From NCBI GenBank assembly GCA_963743915.1, contig CAVURN010000002.1:480001-544000 (forward strand): DNA of 64,000 nucleotides. Reading direction: 5' to 3'. Source of the stretch: an uncultured Actinomycetota bacterium. Its GTDB lineage: Bacteria; Actinomycetota; Actinomycetes; JAHEKZ01. The position numbers and the translations under genes were made by a program. Shown piece by piece: positions 63,021-64,000 of this stretch (position 1 is the stretch's first letter; each line of letters opens with the position of its first letter). The notes under the pieces were generated by a model that saw only the letters and a program-made list of their open reading frames with translations, was not told where the DNA came from and did no database searches.

Positions 63021-63794
63021 GTGCTCGACGGGCTCCGTCTGTCGTTCGGCACCTTGAGCCTGCTGCCGGTCGGCCACCCCACGTCCGTCGACCGCCGCAC
63101 CTGGGGCCGGGCCGTGCTCGTCGCTCCCTGCGTCGGCGTGGTCGTCGGTGCCCTCGCGTGGGCAGCAGCCGTCGGCGTGACCACCCTCGGCGGGTCATCG
63201 TTGCTCGCCGCCGTCGCAGTGGTCGGTGTCCTGGCTGTCCTGACGCGCGGGCTGCACCTCGACGGCTTGGCGGACGTGGCAGACGGTCTCGGCAGCCGCA
63301 GGGCACCCGCCGACGCGCGTGCGGTCATGCGTCAGTCGGACGTCGGACCGTTCGGAGTCGTGGCACTGACACTGGCGCTGCTGACACAGGTCGCGGCGCT
63401 GGCGCCGCTGCTGTCGGGAGACGCAGGGTCTGCGGCGGTCGCGGTGATCGGCGCCTGCGTGGTGAGTCGCGCCGCCGTCACATGGGCCTGCAGGACGGGA
63501 GTGGCGCCGGCCGACACTTCCGGCCTGGGCAGTGCCGTGGCCGGGAGCGTCCGCACCGCCGCGGCCGCGGCGACTGTCCTCGCAAGCGTCGGCGTCGTGG
63601 TCGCGTCCGCAGCCCTGCTCGGCGGGGCGGCCGACGGCTGGCGCTCCGCCGTCGCCGCGACGATCGCGCTGATCGTGGCCGAGCTCTGGCGTCAGCACTG
63701 CAGCCGTCGTCTCGGTGGACTCACCGGCGACGTCCTCGGCGCGACCGAACAGGTGACGTGGACCAGCTTTGTCGTCGCCCTCTCACTCGCCTGA
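63021..63794 (+). CDS. cobS: adenosylcobinamide-GDP ribazoletransferase
   Basis: [29 protein letters not shown]. Confidence 0.93.
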   Translation: MLDGLRLSFGTLSLLPVGHPTSVDRRTWGRAVLVAPCVGVVVGALAWAAAVGVTTLGGSSLLAAVAVVGVLAVLTRGLHLDGLADVADGLGSRRAPADARAVMRQSDVGPFGVVALTLALLTQVAALAPLLSGDAGSAAVAVIGACVVSRAAVTWACRTGVAPADTSGLGSAVAGSVRTAAAAATVLASVGVVVASAALLGGAADGWRSAVAATIALIVAELWRQHCSRRLGGLTGDVLGATEQVTWTSFVVALSLA

Positions 63795-63838
63795 ACGCAG
63801 AGGCCTTGACCTTCGCCGACGACACATTCGGCACCAGG

Positions 63839-63897
63839 GAGTGTCACCCTGAGGGACACTCGGCACGCTGTGGGCCCACCCAAGGGGACACTCGGCG
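63839..63897. repeat. hairpin plus short direct repeat between cobS and gcvT
   Basis: GAGTGTCACCC-TGA-GGGACACTC hairpin; GGGACACTCGGC occurs twice. Confidence 0.5.
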
Positions 63898-63907
63898 GGT
63901 TGTGGGA

Positions 63908-64000
63908 TCAGCGGGGAGAGGCGTCCACGAAGGGTGGCCGCACCACGGTCATGGTCGACGCACGACCGCGGACGTCGACCGTCACCTCGTCGCCCTCGGA
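63908..64000 (-). CDS. gcvT: 3' end of glycine cleavage aminomethyltransferase T
   Basis: Manual translation SEGDEVTVDVRGRASTMTVVRPPFVDASPR*; synteny with cobS. Confidence 0.75.
   Translation of the reverse strand, partial: SEGDEVTVDVRGRASTMTVVRPPFVDASPR

Noticed and set aside
61887-63794. CobT-CobS fusion suggested by the 635-aa ORF
   Set aside because: Artefact of a frameshift near 62505; the true cobT frame stops at 63018 and cobS has its own RBS

Overview
High-GC actinobacterial chromosome segment that follows the conserved actinomycete backbone: acyltransferase, esterase, EEP, ROK glucokinase, DUF5304, ArsA, SRPBCC; then GT4, NlpC/P60, DEDD/GIY-YIG, Lrp, trpD, ctaE-qcrCAB, ldt, ctaF-ctaD-ctaC, adoK, erpA, glycerate kinase, DUF3043; then cobT, cobS, gcvT. 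Many genes, including essential respiratory ones, carry single-base frameshifts, which most likely reflects long-read or MAG consensus error. Accessory content: (1) a Tad/Flp pilus system split into two convergent TadE+TadG cassettes (4.9-8.4 kb) and a main locus (14.5-26.3 kb) that also encodes a receiver-GAF protein, a stand-alone DnaB-like ATPase, a two-component system and two Flp pilins. A repeated sigma-28 (FliA/WhiG)-type promoter motif links these genes and also precedes an ABC exporter and a Zn-ribbon membrane protein. (2) A cobalamin-riboswitch-led operon (54.8-63.8 kb) with a putative split transcobalamin-like surface receptor, an ECF transporter, a PhnP-like metallo-hydrolase fused to CobU, and cobT and cobS, which is a candidate cobamide capture-and-remodelling system. 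Also present: a c-di-AMP riboswitch, two PafBC-type DNA-damage promoters and a probable sugar pseudokinase. Family assignments come from recalled motifs, not database searches.
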